Shown here: piece after piece, positions 31,166-40,547 of the stretch
How the letters are laid out: each line of letters begins with the position of its first letter
Position numbering within the stretch: the stretch's first letter is position 1
Virus record (IMG/VR): IMGVR_UViG_3300034061_003631
Span: 11 to 64,010 of that record
Source: a virus
Lineage: Duplodnaviria > Caudoviricetes
Strand: one strand, 5' to 3'
Length of the DNA stretch: 64,000 nt
Program-made: the position numbers and the translations under genes
The notes under the pieces: model-generated
Told to the model about the DNA's origin: nothing
The model's input: the letters and a program-made list of their open reading frames with translations, nothing else
Databases searched by the model: none

Positions 31166-31545
31166 TGTAATGGGACCTCAATTGTGCATTTCATTTTTTG
31201 TTGTTTTAAATACTCTGATTTTTCAAATGCAATGTCTACTATTATTTTTGTATCATCAATATACGAAATAAAAGTTTTAACATTGTTTATTTCTTTTATA
31301 GCGTCTTCTATATAATTTTCTAAATCTGTTTCAGTAAAACTTTTATTGCTAACTGGATCAAAAATAAGATTATAATAGTTAGACCCCAAATAAGGACTTG
31401 ACGGCAATTCTCCCTTTTGTGTTTTACAAACATTTTCAATTTTTTGAACAATAGAGTTATACCCACTAACAACTCCTATATCTTTTTTAGAAGCTACAGT
31501 GCTAACTTTATATCCCAAAATATTAAAATCTCTGTACGTTGCCAT
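31162..31545 (-). CDS. gp25: Baseplate wedge gp25
   Basis: MATYRDF, SIVQKIENVCKTQKGELP...LGS. Start taken at 31545 after CTAAATA. Confidence 0.78.
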   Translation of the reverse strand: MATYRDFNILGYKVSTVASKKDIGVVSGYNSIVQKIENVCKTQKGELPSSPYLGSNYYNLIFDPVSNKSFTETDLENYIEDAIKEINNVKTFISYIDDTKIIVDIAFEKSEYLKQQKMKCTIEVPLQ

Positions 31546-31553
31546 CCTAATAT

Positions 31554-32276
31554 TTAGTAAAGCAATTCGACGGCAGTAACGGAAGTTTCTCCAACTCCAC
31601 TGTTTGTACATGTATGTTTTGTAGATAAAACATAATACTTTTTGCTTAAACTAGATGTTGATGTAGATGTGCTATATCCGCTTATTGCATTTACAGCAAT
31701 ATCAATAACATTTCCCGGTCTAAGTTTTAAATCTGCAGCTACAACTAAAGTTACTTTTGGACCATATGTAATTGCATCCAAAAACCTTTTTCTTTTTATT
31801 GGAGTTTCTTTTGGTGTATTCCAAAACGTAGCAACATTTAATCTTAATTTTAAATAATCAAGATATTTACTTCCAATTTCAGGACATTCGCAGCTTATTA
31901 TTGAGTCAGGAGCAGCCCAAAAACAACCTTTCCAACTTGCTCCAAGATCGCTTTCTATTTTTTCACATTCTGGAGACTTTTCACCAATTAAAGGACTGTC
32001 AATTTGGTTTGGCTGTGGGTCTATTAAAGATGGCGGACCAGACCAATTTGGATTAAATCCTGTAATGTTATCCACAATGTCTTGGACTTTAGAACCATAT
32101 AACTCATTTGCTAAACAATCTTCGTAACTTAAAGCACCGGTTGTCAAACCTCTAGTAATAAAAGGATTAGCACATTCATAAGTTGAACGCGATCCGGGTG
32201 GGTATATTAAAGTTTGCACCTCGGTGGCATTTACTGTTTTTATTTGTTGTGCAAAGCCGTCAAATCTTTCTGCCAT
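31554..32276 (-). CDS. Baseplate hub gp27-like protein, C-terminal part
   Basis: VAADLKLRPGNVIDI...KKYYVLSTKHT resembles the gp27/hub C-terminal pattern. Confidence 0.5.
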   Translation of the reverse strand: MAERFDGFAQQIKTVNATEVQTLIYPPGSRSTYECANPFITRGLTTGALSYEDCLANELYGSKVQDIVDNITGFNPNWSGPPSLIDPQPNQIDSPLIGEKSPECEKIESDLGASWKGCFWAAPDSIISCECPEIGSKYLDYLKLRLNVATFWNTPKETPIKRKRFLDAITYGPKVTLVVAADLKLRPGNVIDIAVNAISGYSTSTSTSSLSKKYYVLSTKHTCTNSGVGETSVTAVELLY

Positions 32277-32288
32277 AAATCTCCTTAA

Positions 32289-34244
32289 TTATGTAACCTC
32301 ATTGCATTTACCGTCTGTAATATTAGATAGTTCAAAGCAATACAAATATTTTCCCTCAGAAGCTTTTATATATTCCAATAAACGGTCTCTGTCTGCACCA
32401 ATTGCACTTTCATAATTTTTAGAATTTAAAATAATTTGTATATATGGTATTTTTCTCATTAATACAATATGCAAACAGCTAGATTGATTTTGAAAAGTTT
32501 CAAGTTCGCCTGTATCGTTGCCAACAGGTCTATAAGTTATCGAACCATCAAAAACAGGCTCATTTAAATTTTCAGCATACCACCCCGGACCATAATATTC
32601 TAAACTATTTTTTCTTTCATTTAAATTAATTGCCAAAGTGTTAAGATAATTATTAGAACCCTCATCCATCTGACTCCAGGGACTATATTCTGGATAATTA
32701 AAATTATCAAAATTAGTTATTTCACTTGGAAGGTTTACACCTATCCGTTTCCACCTATATCTATAGACTAAAGGTTCATTATTGACACCAGTTACATCAT
32801 TATTTACATCTTGTTCCCATCCTGTAATACAAGCAAAAAAAGTTTCCTCTTCTTCAATTACAGGTTTACGCAAACAACAAAGAACATAATATACAAAGTT
32901 TTGAATTTCAATATCTCTTATTTGATCCAGTTTTGCTGTATCTGTTTTTGTATCATTTCTCAGTTTATAAATTTTTTGTAAATTTGTATTTGGACCATTT
33001 ATTGTTCCAGATGTAGACGACCCCTGGTTTGGGTGGACTGGAGTCATATCCCACATATTTTTCCACATTTCCGGATTGTCAATGAATGGATATGGATCAG
33101 CAACTCCCATTAAATTTTTATTTTCATATGCATTTTTGTTTCCATATTCCATTCCTAATAGTGTTGAATTGGAATAAGGGGTAAAAGAATCATTTTGTTG
33201 ATAGTAGCCGAAGTGTTTTCTTTCATACTCCAGATCACTTAAACCAATAGTACCAGAAAGATTGGACACCACACCAGATTCAGTAACAATTTCGATATCG
33301 TATTTTTTACCATCATCTAAAAATTGATGATTTATTAGTAAAACTTCTTGAGTTTCTGTTGATGCTGCTTCGGGTTTATTTAAAATTTTTGGTGTTTTTC
33401 TAATGTAGTAATATTGTCTATTTAAATATTGTGCTGCTGGTGCTGTTGTAAAAACATAAATCTTTTTTCTTCCAGCACTGTTTGTTGGGGTATCTTGTGG
33501 AAAAATTGCATAAGACCCATACGTAGATTCGCCAGATGCATTTTCAGTAAAATATTTAAAATTTATTTGATTATTGAATCCAGTCCAAAATAAAAATCTT
33601 GGTTTCTTGCTTGTATTTTCACAAGCCAAGCTAGTAATATAATTCATATATTGAATTGGGTTTTCGCTTAATTCTTCAATTTTTTCTTTAAGTGGATTTA
33701 TTGGTCTATATGTAATAACATTAGAACACTTTTTATTTCCCCAATTTATTAATTTCACAGCATCCACACCACTATTCAAACCCGTGCTAATTTTTATTTT
33801 ATCTGTTAGTGTTTCTAAAAATGTTTCTATATTTAATACTTGAGGAAAAGTATAAGATGACACTAAATTGGTTGTAGAAATATTTTGATTTACAAAAAAC
33901 AATTTATTTGTAAAATTAATTCCAACAAAATTTTCTTCTGTTTGAGAAGCTGCATTATTTAAATAAGAAACACCACTGATATAAAATGTTTCTGCTGGAT
34001 CTCCATTCAAATATTCAATGACAATTTTTTTGTCAATTGGATTTGTTGATAATCTATTGACAAATGTTACCACATCATCTAAATCCCTAACAGTTAGACA
34101 CCCACTAGGAAACAAATCAAAAACACTTTCACTAAATTCAATTTTTTCAAATTGACAAATCGTATTTGGGCGTGTTATAACCAAAGAACCGAGGCTGATA
34201 CTTTTAATTGGTGAAGATAAAGGATTTGTAGGAGAAAATGTCAT
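32289..34244 (-). CDS. Baseplate hub gp27-like protein, N-terminal part with extension
   Basis: IEFSESVFDLFPSGCLTVRD, PIQYMNYI, FLFW resemble the gp27/hub N-terminus; follows gp53. Confidence 0.55.
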   Translation of the reverse strand: MTFSPTNPLSSPIKSISLGSLVITRPNTICQFEKIEFSESVFDLFPSGCLTVRDLDDVVTFVNRLSTNPIDKKIVIEYLNGDPAETFYISGVSYLNNAASQTEENFVGINFTNKLFFVNQNISTTNLVSSYTFPQVLNIETFLETLTDKIKISTGLNSGVDAVKLINWGNKKCSNVITYRPINPLKEKIEELSENPIQYMNYITSLACENTSKKPRFLFWTGFNNQINFKYFTENASGESTYGSYAIFPQDTPTNSAGRKKIYVFTTAPAAQYLNRQYYYIRKTPKILNKPEAASTETQEVLLINHQFLDDGKKYDIEIVTESGVVSNLSGTIGLSDLEYERKHFGYYQQNDSFTPYSNSTLLGMEYGNKNAYENKNLMGVADPYPFIDNPEMWKNMWDMTPVHPNQGSSTSGTINGPNTNLQKIYKLRNDTKTDTAKLDQIRDIEIQNFVYYVLCCLRKPVIEEEETFFACITGWEQDVNNDVTGVNNEPLVYRYRWKRIGVNLPSEITNFDNFNYPEYSPWSQMDEGSNNYLNTLAINLNERKNSLEYYGPGWYAENLNEPVFDGSITYRPVGNDTGELETFQNQSSCLHIVLMRKIPYIQIILNSKNYESAIGADRDRLLEYIKASEGKYLYCFELSNITDGKCNEVT

Positions 34245-34246
34245 AA

Positions 34247-35068
34247 TTAAACGATATAGTTTTGTTCAACTTTTGTAAAATTTAAAGAATTAAATGTATA
34301 AGGTAAAAAGTATTTTATATTTGTATCTGTAGTTTGAGCCGCTTCTTTATAAGTTATTGCCTGACTTACACCAGGGAGGCCAAAGTTTTCTCCGGATGTA
34401 ATAGGCAAATCATCTTCCAATGCACCAAATACTTGTAAATTGCCAAATGTTTTGTATTTAACTTCTTTTGTTGCATCTGTCTGTGTTTGAATATAATTGA
34501 TTTTATTTGTAGCACCTCCATACGTACCTTTGTACGAATAGGTGCTACCATTTACTATAAAATTTACATCTTGATTGAGACCAAATGAAATGCCACCATA
34601 AGTTTCTACAATTGTATTTTTGGTAAATGGGTTATAACTTTTTACAAAACCAAATCCACCTGTTAAGCTAAAATTTCCGGTTGACCCATATTGCCAAGTT
34701 GGACCAGAGTTTGCAATATATGGTAATACCAAAGAACCTTCAGTTACGATTACATCTTGATTTGTTAAAGTATTTATTGTACTAATTTCTGAATTAATGC
34801 TGTATTCATCTAATAAATCAACTGTGTCTGGACTCAACAAAGTAAATGGATTAAAAGTATCATTGGCATATAAGAAAAGCCAATAACTTTCGATATCGGA
34901 ATAAACAGTATTAGCAAGTTCTAAAAGAGTTGTATTTGACGATACATCAATTAAAGCAGTTTCTCTATTTTTTGAATCTAAAACATAATAAGAAGATATG
35001 TCTGTAACCTTTATATCTCCCAGTTCGGTTGTATATTCTATTTTCGGTAAATTTTTTGAATAATTCAT
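34247..35068 (-). CDS. gp53: Baseplate wedge gp53
   Basis: MNYSKNLPKIEY, LANTVYSDIESYWLFLYANDTFNP. Confidence 0.78.
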   Translation of the reverse strand: MNYSKNLPKIEYTTELGDIKVTDISSYYVLDSKNRETALIDVSSNTTLLELANTVYSDIESYWLFLYANDTFNPFTLLSPDTVDLLDEYSINSEISTINTLTNQDVIVTEGSLVLPYIANSGPTWQYGSTGNFSLTGGFGFVKSYNPFTKNTIVETYGGISFGLNQDVNFIVNGSTYSYKGTYGGATNKINYIQTQTDATKEVKYKTFGNLQVFGALEDDLPITSGENFGLPGVSQAITYKEAAQTTDTNIKYFLPYTFNSLNFTKVEQNYIV

Positions 35069-35081
35069 CTAATACTCACTA

Positions 35082-35903
35082 TTACAATATTATTTCAGAC
35101 TTCGATTGCAATCCACCCTGACCACCATCACCAGAAATATTTGGATTATATGTACCAGTTTCAAATTCTCTAAATGTTAATCCTAGTAAAGTAAGATTTG
35201 ATCTACCATTTGGCAAAGTTCTTACAACAGAATCGGCAGCATCACTATATTTAACAGTCATTGAAGTTAATACTAGTGGCATTGGTTCTCCAAGCCAATC
35301 TGCAGTATAATTAAGATCATTTTCCAAACCACTTTGTCCTAAAGGTCTTCCTCTAGAAACTCTTAAAGTCCAAATTGGCTGTGGATAACTTCTTTCAGGT
35401 AAACCTGGAACAATTTGTGGATAGGATGCTTTTCTAAAACTGCCAACAATTCCCCTGACAGCTTCACTTTCTGCTTCAGATTTAGGAACAAAAATATATT
35501 CAAAATTATATTCTTTTCTTGCTTCGGAAACCATAGTCGCTTCTGTTACGTTAGAAAATCTCCTATAAGTTGTGGTAGCATACATATATTCATTTTGAAA
35601 TTTTGCTGGATCTATGATTCTATTCCACAAAAGTTCAAAATCACCACCAGAGTTATTAAGTGCAGCCATAGATAAAACTGGGCCCACTGGATTTGTACCT
35701 TCACCAAATTCGTGACGAACTGTATAACCAGGTTCTTTGGGCAAAGGCAAAACAATTTGCACTTGTGCTCTATTGTAAATGCCTGATCTGGTTCTGTCTG
35801 CAGCTTGCAAACTATAAGGAGCTGCAAAAAATCTTAACCAATGTGGTATTTCCTGTGCAGGATCACTACCAGAAATTGGATATTGGTATATTGTTGCTGC
35901 CAT
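35082..35903 (-). CDS. gp48: Baseplate tail tube cap gp48
   Basis: YQYP, IVLPLP, RKEYNFEYIFVPKSEAESEAVRGIV, LTFREFE. Confidence 0.78.
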   Translation of the reverse strand: MAATIYQYPISGSDPAQEIPHWLRFFAAPYSLQAADRTRSGIYNRAQVQIVLPLPKEPGYTVRHEFGEGTNPVGPVLSMAALNNSGGDFELLWNRIIDPAKFQNEYMYATTTYRRFSNVTEATMVSEARKEYNFEYIFVPKSEAESEAVRGIVGSFRKASYPQIVPGLPERSYPQPIWTLRVSRGRPLGQSGLENDLNYTADWLGEPMPLVLTSMTVKYSDAADSVVRTLPNGRSNLTLLGLTFREFETGTYNPNISGDGGQGGLQSKSEIIL

Positions 35904-35940
35904 TATATTACTATTTAGTGAAAATTACCTAAATAATTTT

Positions 35941-36369
35941 ATGGCATATAAAACATTATTTAAACCCAAAAATGTAAAAAAATATATTGGTGATTCCAAT
36001 AATATTGTATGCCGATCTTTGTGGGAACGACGTGTTTGCAAATTTTTAGATGAAAACAAAAACATATTAAAATGGTCTTCTGAAGAAATAGTTATTCCAT
36101 ATTTAAGCCCAATAGACCAAAAGATACACAATTATTATCCCGATTTTTTAGTTCAATTTAATGATGGAAGTAAAGTAAAAACTTGGTTACTTGAAGTAAA
36201 ACCATCAAAACAATTGGTATTAAAAGAAAATAGCAGCAAAAAAGAAAAAATTACATGGATTGTAAATACCGCAAAATGGGAAGCTGCAAAAAATTATTCT
36301 TTAAAAAACAATATGGAATTTAAAATTTTAACAGAAAAAGAAATATTTACTAATGCCAACGCCAACTAA
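35941..36369 (+). CDS. gp4: Head completion protein gp4 (TnsA-like endonuclease fold)
   Basis: KYIGD, RSLWER, WSSEEIVIPY, YYPDF, EVKP, AKWEAA. Confidence 0.93.
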   Translation: MAYKTLFKPKNVKKYIGDSNNIVCRSLWERRVCKFLDENKNILKWSSEEIVIPYLSPIDQKIHNYYPDFLVQFNDGSKVKTWLLEVKPSKQLVLKENSSKKEKITWIVNTAKWEAAKNYSLKNNMEFKILTEKEIFTNANAN

Positions 36370-36970
36370 TCCAATAACTTCAATTAAAACATATTTTGAA
36401 AACCATAATGGTTTACAATTGGCAAATAGATTTTCCGTCTCCTTTGCTGGATTACCCGGAGGTATTTCTATTGGTGATAATTCTGATGGGTTTGTACAGG
36501 CCGAATATATGGCTTTAGGACCAAGAGCACTAAACACTGTACAAGACAATTTAAATGGTTTTGGTTTTGGTAGGTTTGTGCCAAGAAGCCAAGATTTACT
36601 TAGCGGTGGATTTGGTGTTCAATTAATATTTCCCGTAACAAATGACCATCATCTTATTAAATTTTTTAATGATTGGTTTTCTTACTTTTATAAAAGCCCC
36701 CGCCAAGCTGGTGGTAATCCTTTAAATGTATATAAAATTCCATATTACAATGATGCAGTAAGGCCAGTCACAATGACTGTAAATATGTTAAATCCAAATG
36801 GTGGTGTTAATAATTCAATAACATTTTATGAAGTTTTTCCTGTAGAGACACAACCAATAGAAATGAGTATGGCCTTTACCGATAAATATTTAAAATATGC
36901 TGTTACATTTGCATACAGAGATTTTGTTCAAACTATAGGAATACAAACACCCAGTAGCCCTGAAGGTTAA
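36353..36970 (+). CDS. gp54: Baseplate tail tube initiator gp54-like
   Basis: GLQLANRFSV, FFNDW, YEVFPV, VTFAYR (tail-tube fold). Confidence 0.65.
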   Translation: MPTPTNPITSIKTYFENHNGLQLANRFSVSFAGLPGGISIGDNSDGFVQAEYMALGPRALNTVQDNLNGFGFGRFVPRSQDLLSGGFGVQLIFPVTNDHHLIKFFNDWFSYFYKSPRQAGGNPLNVYKIPYYNDAVRPVTMTVNMLNPNGGVNNSITFYEVFPVETQPIEMSMAFTDKYLKYAVTFAYRDFVQTIGIQTPSSPEG

Positions 36971-36978
36971 TAGTAATT

Positions 36979-37659
36979 ATGGATAAAGATGATATTAAAA
37001 CATTGATAGATTCATTAAGTCCCACTTATGAAACTATTTTGCCTGTTTCAGGAAAAACAGTTTTATTTATTCCATTTAAAGTTAAAGATGCAAAAAACAT
37101 CTCAATTATTTTAAATGAACAAAATAAAAAACTTTCATTAATTGCAATGGTAAATTTGCTAAAGGCAAATACAAAGGGAATTAATATTGAAGAACTTTGT
37201 CTTGCAGATGCAGAATACTTGTATTTAAAAATAAGATCTAAAAGTGTTGGCGAACTAATAAATATTAAAATTGGTGAAGAAAAATACAATATAAACATTG
37301 ATGATATCAAATGCCGCAATACCCCAACAGAACAAAATTTGTTAATAAAAGATGGTGTTTATGCTGTAATAAAAACACCACAAATAAAAACAATACTAAA
37401 TTCTGATTTTAATGACGAACACTCAGTACTTAAAAAATACATACACACAATAATAATAAAAAATGAAATATTTAATTTAAGTACTTTTGTTCCTGACACT
37501 CTAAAAGAACTTATAGAAAATTTACCATATTCCTTAATCAAGGATATTCAAGAAATATCAAAAAAACAACCTGAACTATATTTTTCTATTCCAGCAAAAG
37601 ATGGAGAAAGAGAGGTGTCAGGTACACTAAATTTTTTTACTTGGCTTCAAACTTCATAG
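36979..37659 (+). CDS. gp26: Baseplate hub subunit gp26
   Basis: PTYETILPVSGKTVLFIPFKVKD, DAEYLYLKIRSKSVGE, GTLNFF. Confidence 0.88.
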   Translation: MDKDDIKTLIDSLSPTYETILPVSGKTVLFIPFKVKDAKNISIILNEQNKKLSLIAMVNLLKANTKGINIEELCLADAEYLYLKIRSKSVGELINIKIGEEKYNINIDDIKCRNTPTEQNLLIKDGVYAVIKTPQIKTILNSDFNDEHSVLKKYIHTIIIKNEIFNLSTFVPDTLKELIENLPYSLIKDIQEISKKQPELYFSIPAKDGEREVSGTLNFFTWLQTS

Positions 37660-37829
37660 ACCTATTTGACTACTACAAAACTAATTTTTCATTGATAAAT
37701 TATTACAAATGGTCAATCGAAGATATTGAAAATATGATGTTTTGGGAAAGAGAAATTTATATAAATCTTTTGGCTGAAGAAAAACAAAAAGAAAGTCAAT
37801 TAAAAATGTCACAGCAATTTGGTAGGTAA
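37641..37829 (+). CDS. gp51: Baseplate hub assembly protein gp51-like
   Basis: YYKTNFSL...KWSIEDIENMMFWEREIY. Confidence 0.8.
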   Translation: MASNFIDLFDYYKTNFSLINYYKWSIEDIENMMFWEREIYINLLAEEKQKESQLKMSQQFGR

Positions 37830-37832
37830 AAT

Positions 37833-38336
37833 ATGGAAGCAAACAATACGGGATTACCGGAACCAACAAAAGAAACTATAAATGTTGAGCAAGTAGTTCA
37901 AAATTATTTAATTGAGCCAGATATGCTTTTTTCAAATACAGAAAAAGCAACAACAACATTAGGCGAAGTTAAATTTTCAGAAGAAGATTTAAAGCAGTCA
38001 AATGTAAACAATAACTTTCAAAACTTGTCTGCCAGTGGCCAATATATACCACCATTCAACAATTCTGCCAGTTTAAAATTAACAGCACCATCAGTTGTTT
38101 TAGAAAAGCCAATTGAACCTCAAAATGTTTCAAAAAAAGAATTTCAAAATGTTTTAAATCAGTTGACTGGAACTATAAATCCTGCACTTCAAAATCTCTA
38201 TAGTTCAGTATCTGCTGTAATGGAAAAGGGTAAAGATCCAAAAGGATTTACAGAAATTAGACCAACATATAATGGTGATGCATTTTTCTTTGCTGACGAA
38301 GTAAAAAGAACAAGTCAAAAATTTTTATGGTCATAA
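37833..38336 (+). CDS. Hypothetical protein
   Basis: 167-aa ORF in operon, ends at a terminator. Confidence 0.6.
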   Translation: MEANNTGLPEPTKETINVEQVVQNYLIEPDMLFSNTEKATTTLGEVKFSEEDLKQSNVNNNFQNLSASGQYIPPFNNSASLKLTAPSVVLEKPIEPQNVSKKEFQNVLNQLTGTINPALQNLYSSVSAVMEKGKDPKGFTEIRPTYNGDAFFFADEVKRTSQKFLWS

Positions 38337-38360
38337 AAAAAGCCCCTTTCGGGGCTTTTC
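38335..38360. terminator. Bidirectional intrinsic terminator
   Basis: AAAAAAAGCCCC-TTTC-GGGGCTTTT between convergent genes. Confidence 0.85.
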
Positions 38361-39215
38361 TCACTCATTCTCCATTTCGGAGAAGTATTGCAGTGGATCT
38401 TTTTCCTCTGCTTCTGTAATTGATGGTTCCTCTACATCATCCTCAACACTCTTAGATTCATTGTATTGAGAACGAATATCATCACCAACAGCTTTCTTGA
38501 ATCTCTCTTTAAGTTCATCAAAGCTCTTAAATTGAGACTTATCAATAAATGGCTTGAGAGGATATTGCTTTTTCCAAAGCTCCTCAAGTTTCTTATCGTC
38601 ACCACCAAAAAGAGGTGCAGGTGATGCAAATTCACTTCTATCGTAATTTACATATCCACCAACGTTTCGGATCTTTAGCTTAAAATCAGCTCCAGTCCAA
38701 AAGTTAAATGGGTCTACAGCAACTTCATCTTGAAATTCCGGGTGAGCTAGACTTTGGATTTTTTGAAAAATCTTCGTGCCATATTGGTATAGGAACACCT
38801 TACCCTTGTTTTCTGGATTTGCAGGATCTTCAATTACCAAAATATTAGAAATGTAAGTTAGCTTACGCTTACGGTTCCGAGCGATGTTTTTATCATCTTC
38901 GATACCGCTATTCCAAAGTTCGGTGTTTGCTGCACAAACTGGGCACTTTTCACCAATAGTCGTGGGGCAGTTTTCATAAAGCCATCCACCCTTGCCCTTG
39001 AATGTGTGACTATAAAGAGAAACAAAGGGGGTATCTTCGCCAGCAATTTCTGGAAGAAAACGGATAACCGCATAGCCGTTACCTGCTTTATCGATACCGG
39101 GCTTCCAAACCCTTTCGTCTTTATAGCTTTCCTTGGAGGTCATCTTTTCAAGACGCTCTGTTAAATTTGCGACTGAGTTCTTACTTTTCTTTTTAAAATC
39201 TGAAAAACTTGCCAT
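38361..39215 (-). CDS. gp32: Single-stranded DNA-binding protein gp32
   Basis: DKAGNGYAVIRFLP, ENCPTTIGEKCPVC, FNFWTGADFKLKIR, NYDRSEF. Confidence 0.97.
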   Translation of the reverse strand: MASFSDFKKKSKNSVANLTERLEKMTSKESYKDERVWKPGIDKAGNGYAVIRFLPEIAGEDTPFVSLYSHTFKGKGGWLYENCPTTIGEKCPVCAANTELWNSGIEDDKNIARNRKRKLTYISNILVIEDPANPENKGKVFLYQYGTKIFQKIQSLAHPEFQDEVAVDPFNFWTGADFKLKIRNVGGYVNYDRSEFASPAPLFGGDDKKLEELWKKQYPLKPFIDKSQFKSFDELKERFKKAVGDDIRSQYNESKSVEDDVEEPSITEAEEKDPLQYFSEMENE

Positions 39216-39254
39216 ATTAATATCCCGAGGATCTACCTCGGCCTTTCTACTTTA

Positions 39255-39282
39255 ATTATAAGCCAACTAATATGTTAGTCAA
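39255..39282 (-). promoter_or_regulatory. Sigma70-like promoter of gp32
   Basis: TTGACT-N16-TATAAT on the minus strand. Confidence 0.7.
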
Positions 39283-39508
39283 TTGGTAATTTTGGCTTTT
39301 TTTTATTTTTTAAAATATTGAGCATTTTACCTTCTTGCTCAATCTTTTCGATAATAGGTTTAGTTAAAAGTTTACCAGCAGCGGTAGGATCTATTCCCAT
39401 TTCCTCGCTTAGTTCTAAAATACAATCCATAAAGGATAATTTTGTTTTTAAAACTCTTTGTAATACTTTATTTGAAAATTTTTCTTTTGCCGAATCATCT
39501 ATATACAT
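39275..39508 (-). CDS. gp33: Late transcription coactivator gp33
   Basis: FSNKV...SFMDCIL...KLLTKPIIEKIEQEG...LNIL...KLPI; upstream of gp32. Confidence 0.85.
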   Translation of the reverse strand: MYIDDSAKEKFSNKVLQRVLKTKLSFMDCILELSEEMGIDPTAAGKLLTKPIIEKIEQEGKMLNILKNKKKPKLPID

Positions 39509-39598
39509 GTGTAATCCTTATATTAATATACGGGCTAAACTAAAAAGAGCAATCATTATTCACTGCTAAATATTCTAGAACTATTTATAGGATAACAA

Positions 39599-40546
39599 AT
39601 GGCTTCTGACAACAACGAAAACATTATTATTGAAACTTCTGGTCTTACTGCTGCAATTGCTACAGACGTAGCACAATTTGCTGGTGTAACAGCCCACTAT
39701 CAAATTTTTAAACTAGCATATGGAATAACTGGTGTAGCTACTTTAGCTTCATCAACCAACCCACTTCCAGTTAGTTTCGGAAGCGGACTTACAGCCACAA
39801 TTTCTGGATTTAGTGGTCTTGTAACAGTACAGGGAACCGGTGGTGGTTATCCTCTTCCTGTTAGCGGAACAATCATAGCAACAGGCTCTACTGCATCCCC
39901 TGTATTTGTTAAAACATATACAGGTAGCCAAATAGAAATTACTGGTGGTAAATTATACACAACTGCAGACTCTATTTCTTGCTACGGACCCTCTGGAGCC
40001 ACATCTATCTTTGTAAAGTTAGTTGGTTCTACCGGATGGTCAATAGGAACAAATGGTGATGCACTAAAAGTTTCAATCACAGGAGCCACATTTGAAGCTA
40101 CCATTCCAGCTACTGTAACTGTAGCGGGTATTTCTGGTGCTACTGCCGTTGCTGTTACCGTAGGAAATACAGTTGGTATTTCTAATACTCAAATTACAGA
40201 TGGCATAACTGCTATTTATGGCCAAGTGGTCGGCTTAAGAACAGATTTTAGTGCTCTTGGAGTTGGAAGAGCAACCACATTTAAAACAGGTAGAATTTCT
40301 CCAACATCAGCTGCAGTTCTTCAAATGGACAGTTCTGGGTTTACTTGCTTGGCTGGTATCAATGTAAAAGCTCTTTCAACAAATACAGATTTTATATATC
40401 TCGGAAATACATCTGGCTTGATTGGATCCTCTTATGGGTATGCTTTAGATCCTGGTGAGGATGTATTCTTAAATATTCAAAATACAAATAAAATATTTGC
40501 AGTATCAAACACAGGCACACAAGTAATCACATACATGGCCTCATAA
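39599..40546 (+). CDS. Thr/Gly/Ser-rich putative virion protein
   Basis: HYQIFKLAYG, NPLPV repeats, NTDFIYLG...YALDPGEDVFL; CTAAATA upstream. Confidence 0.6.
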   Translation: MASDNNENIIIETSGLTAAIATDVAQFAGVTAHYQIFKLAYGITGVATLASSTNPLPVSFGSGLTATISGFSGLVTVQGTGGGYPLPVSGTIIATGSTASPVFVKTYTGSQIEITGGKLYTTADSISCYGPSGATSIFVKLVGSTGWSIGTNGDALKVSITGATFEATIPATVTVAGISGATAVAVTVGNTVGISNTQITDGITAIYGQVVGLRTDFSALGVGRATTFKTGRISPTSAAVLQMDSSGFTCLAGINVKALSTNTDFIYLGNTSGLIGSSYGYALDPGEDVFLNIQNTNKIFAVSNTGTQVITYMAS

Positions 40547-40547
40547 T

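Noticed and set aside
35941-36369. TnsA-like nuclease as a transposon or homing endonuclease
   Set aside because: Sequence and position match the core T4-like head completion gene gp4
14651-38336. Stop-codon reassignment or introns as the cause of short tail genes
   Set aside because: Core genes are intact in code 11, and the short genes abut neighbours with their own start signals
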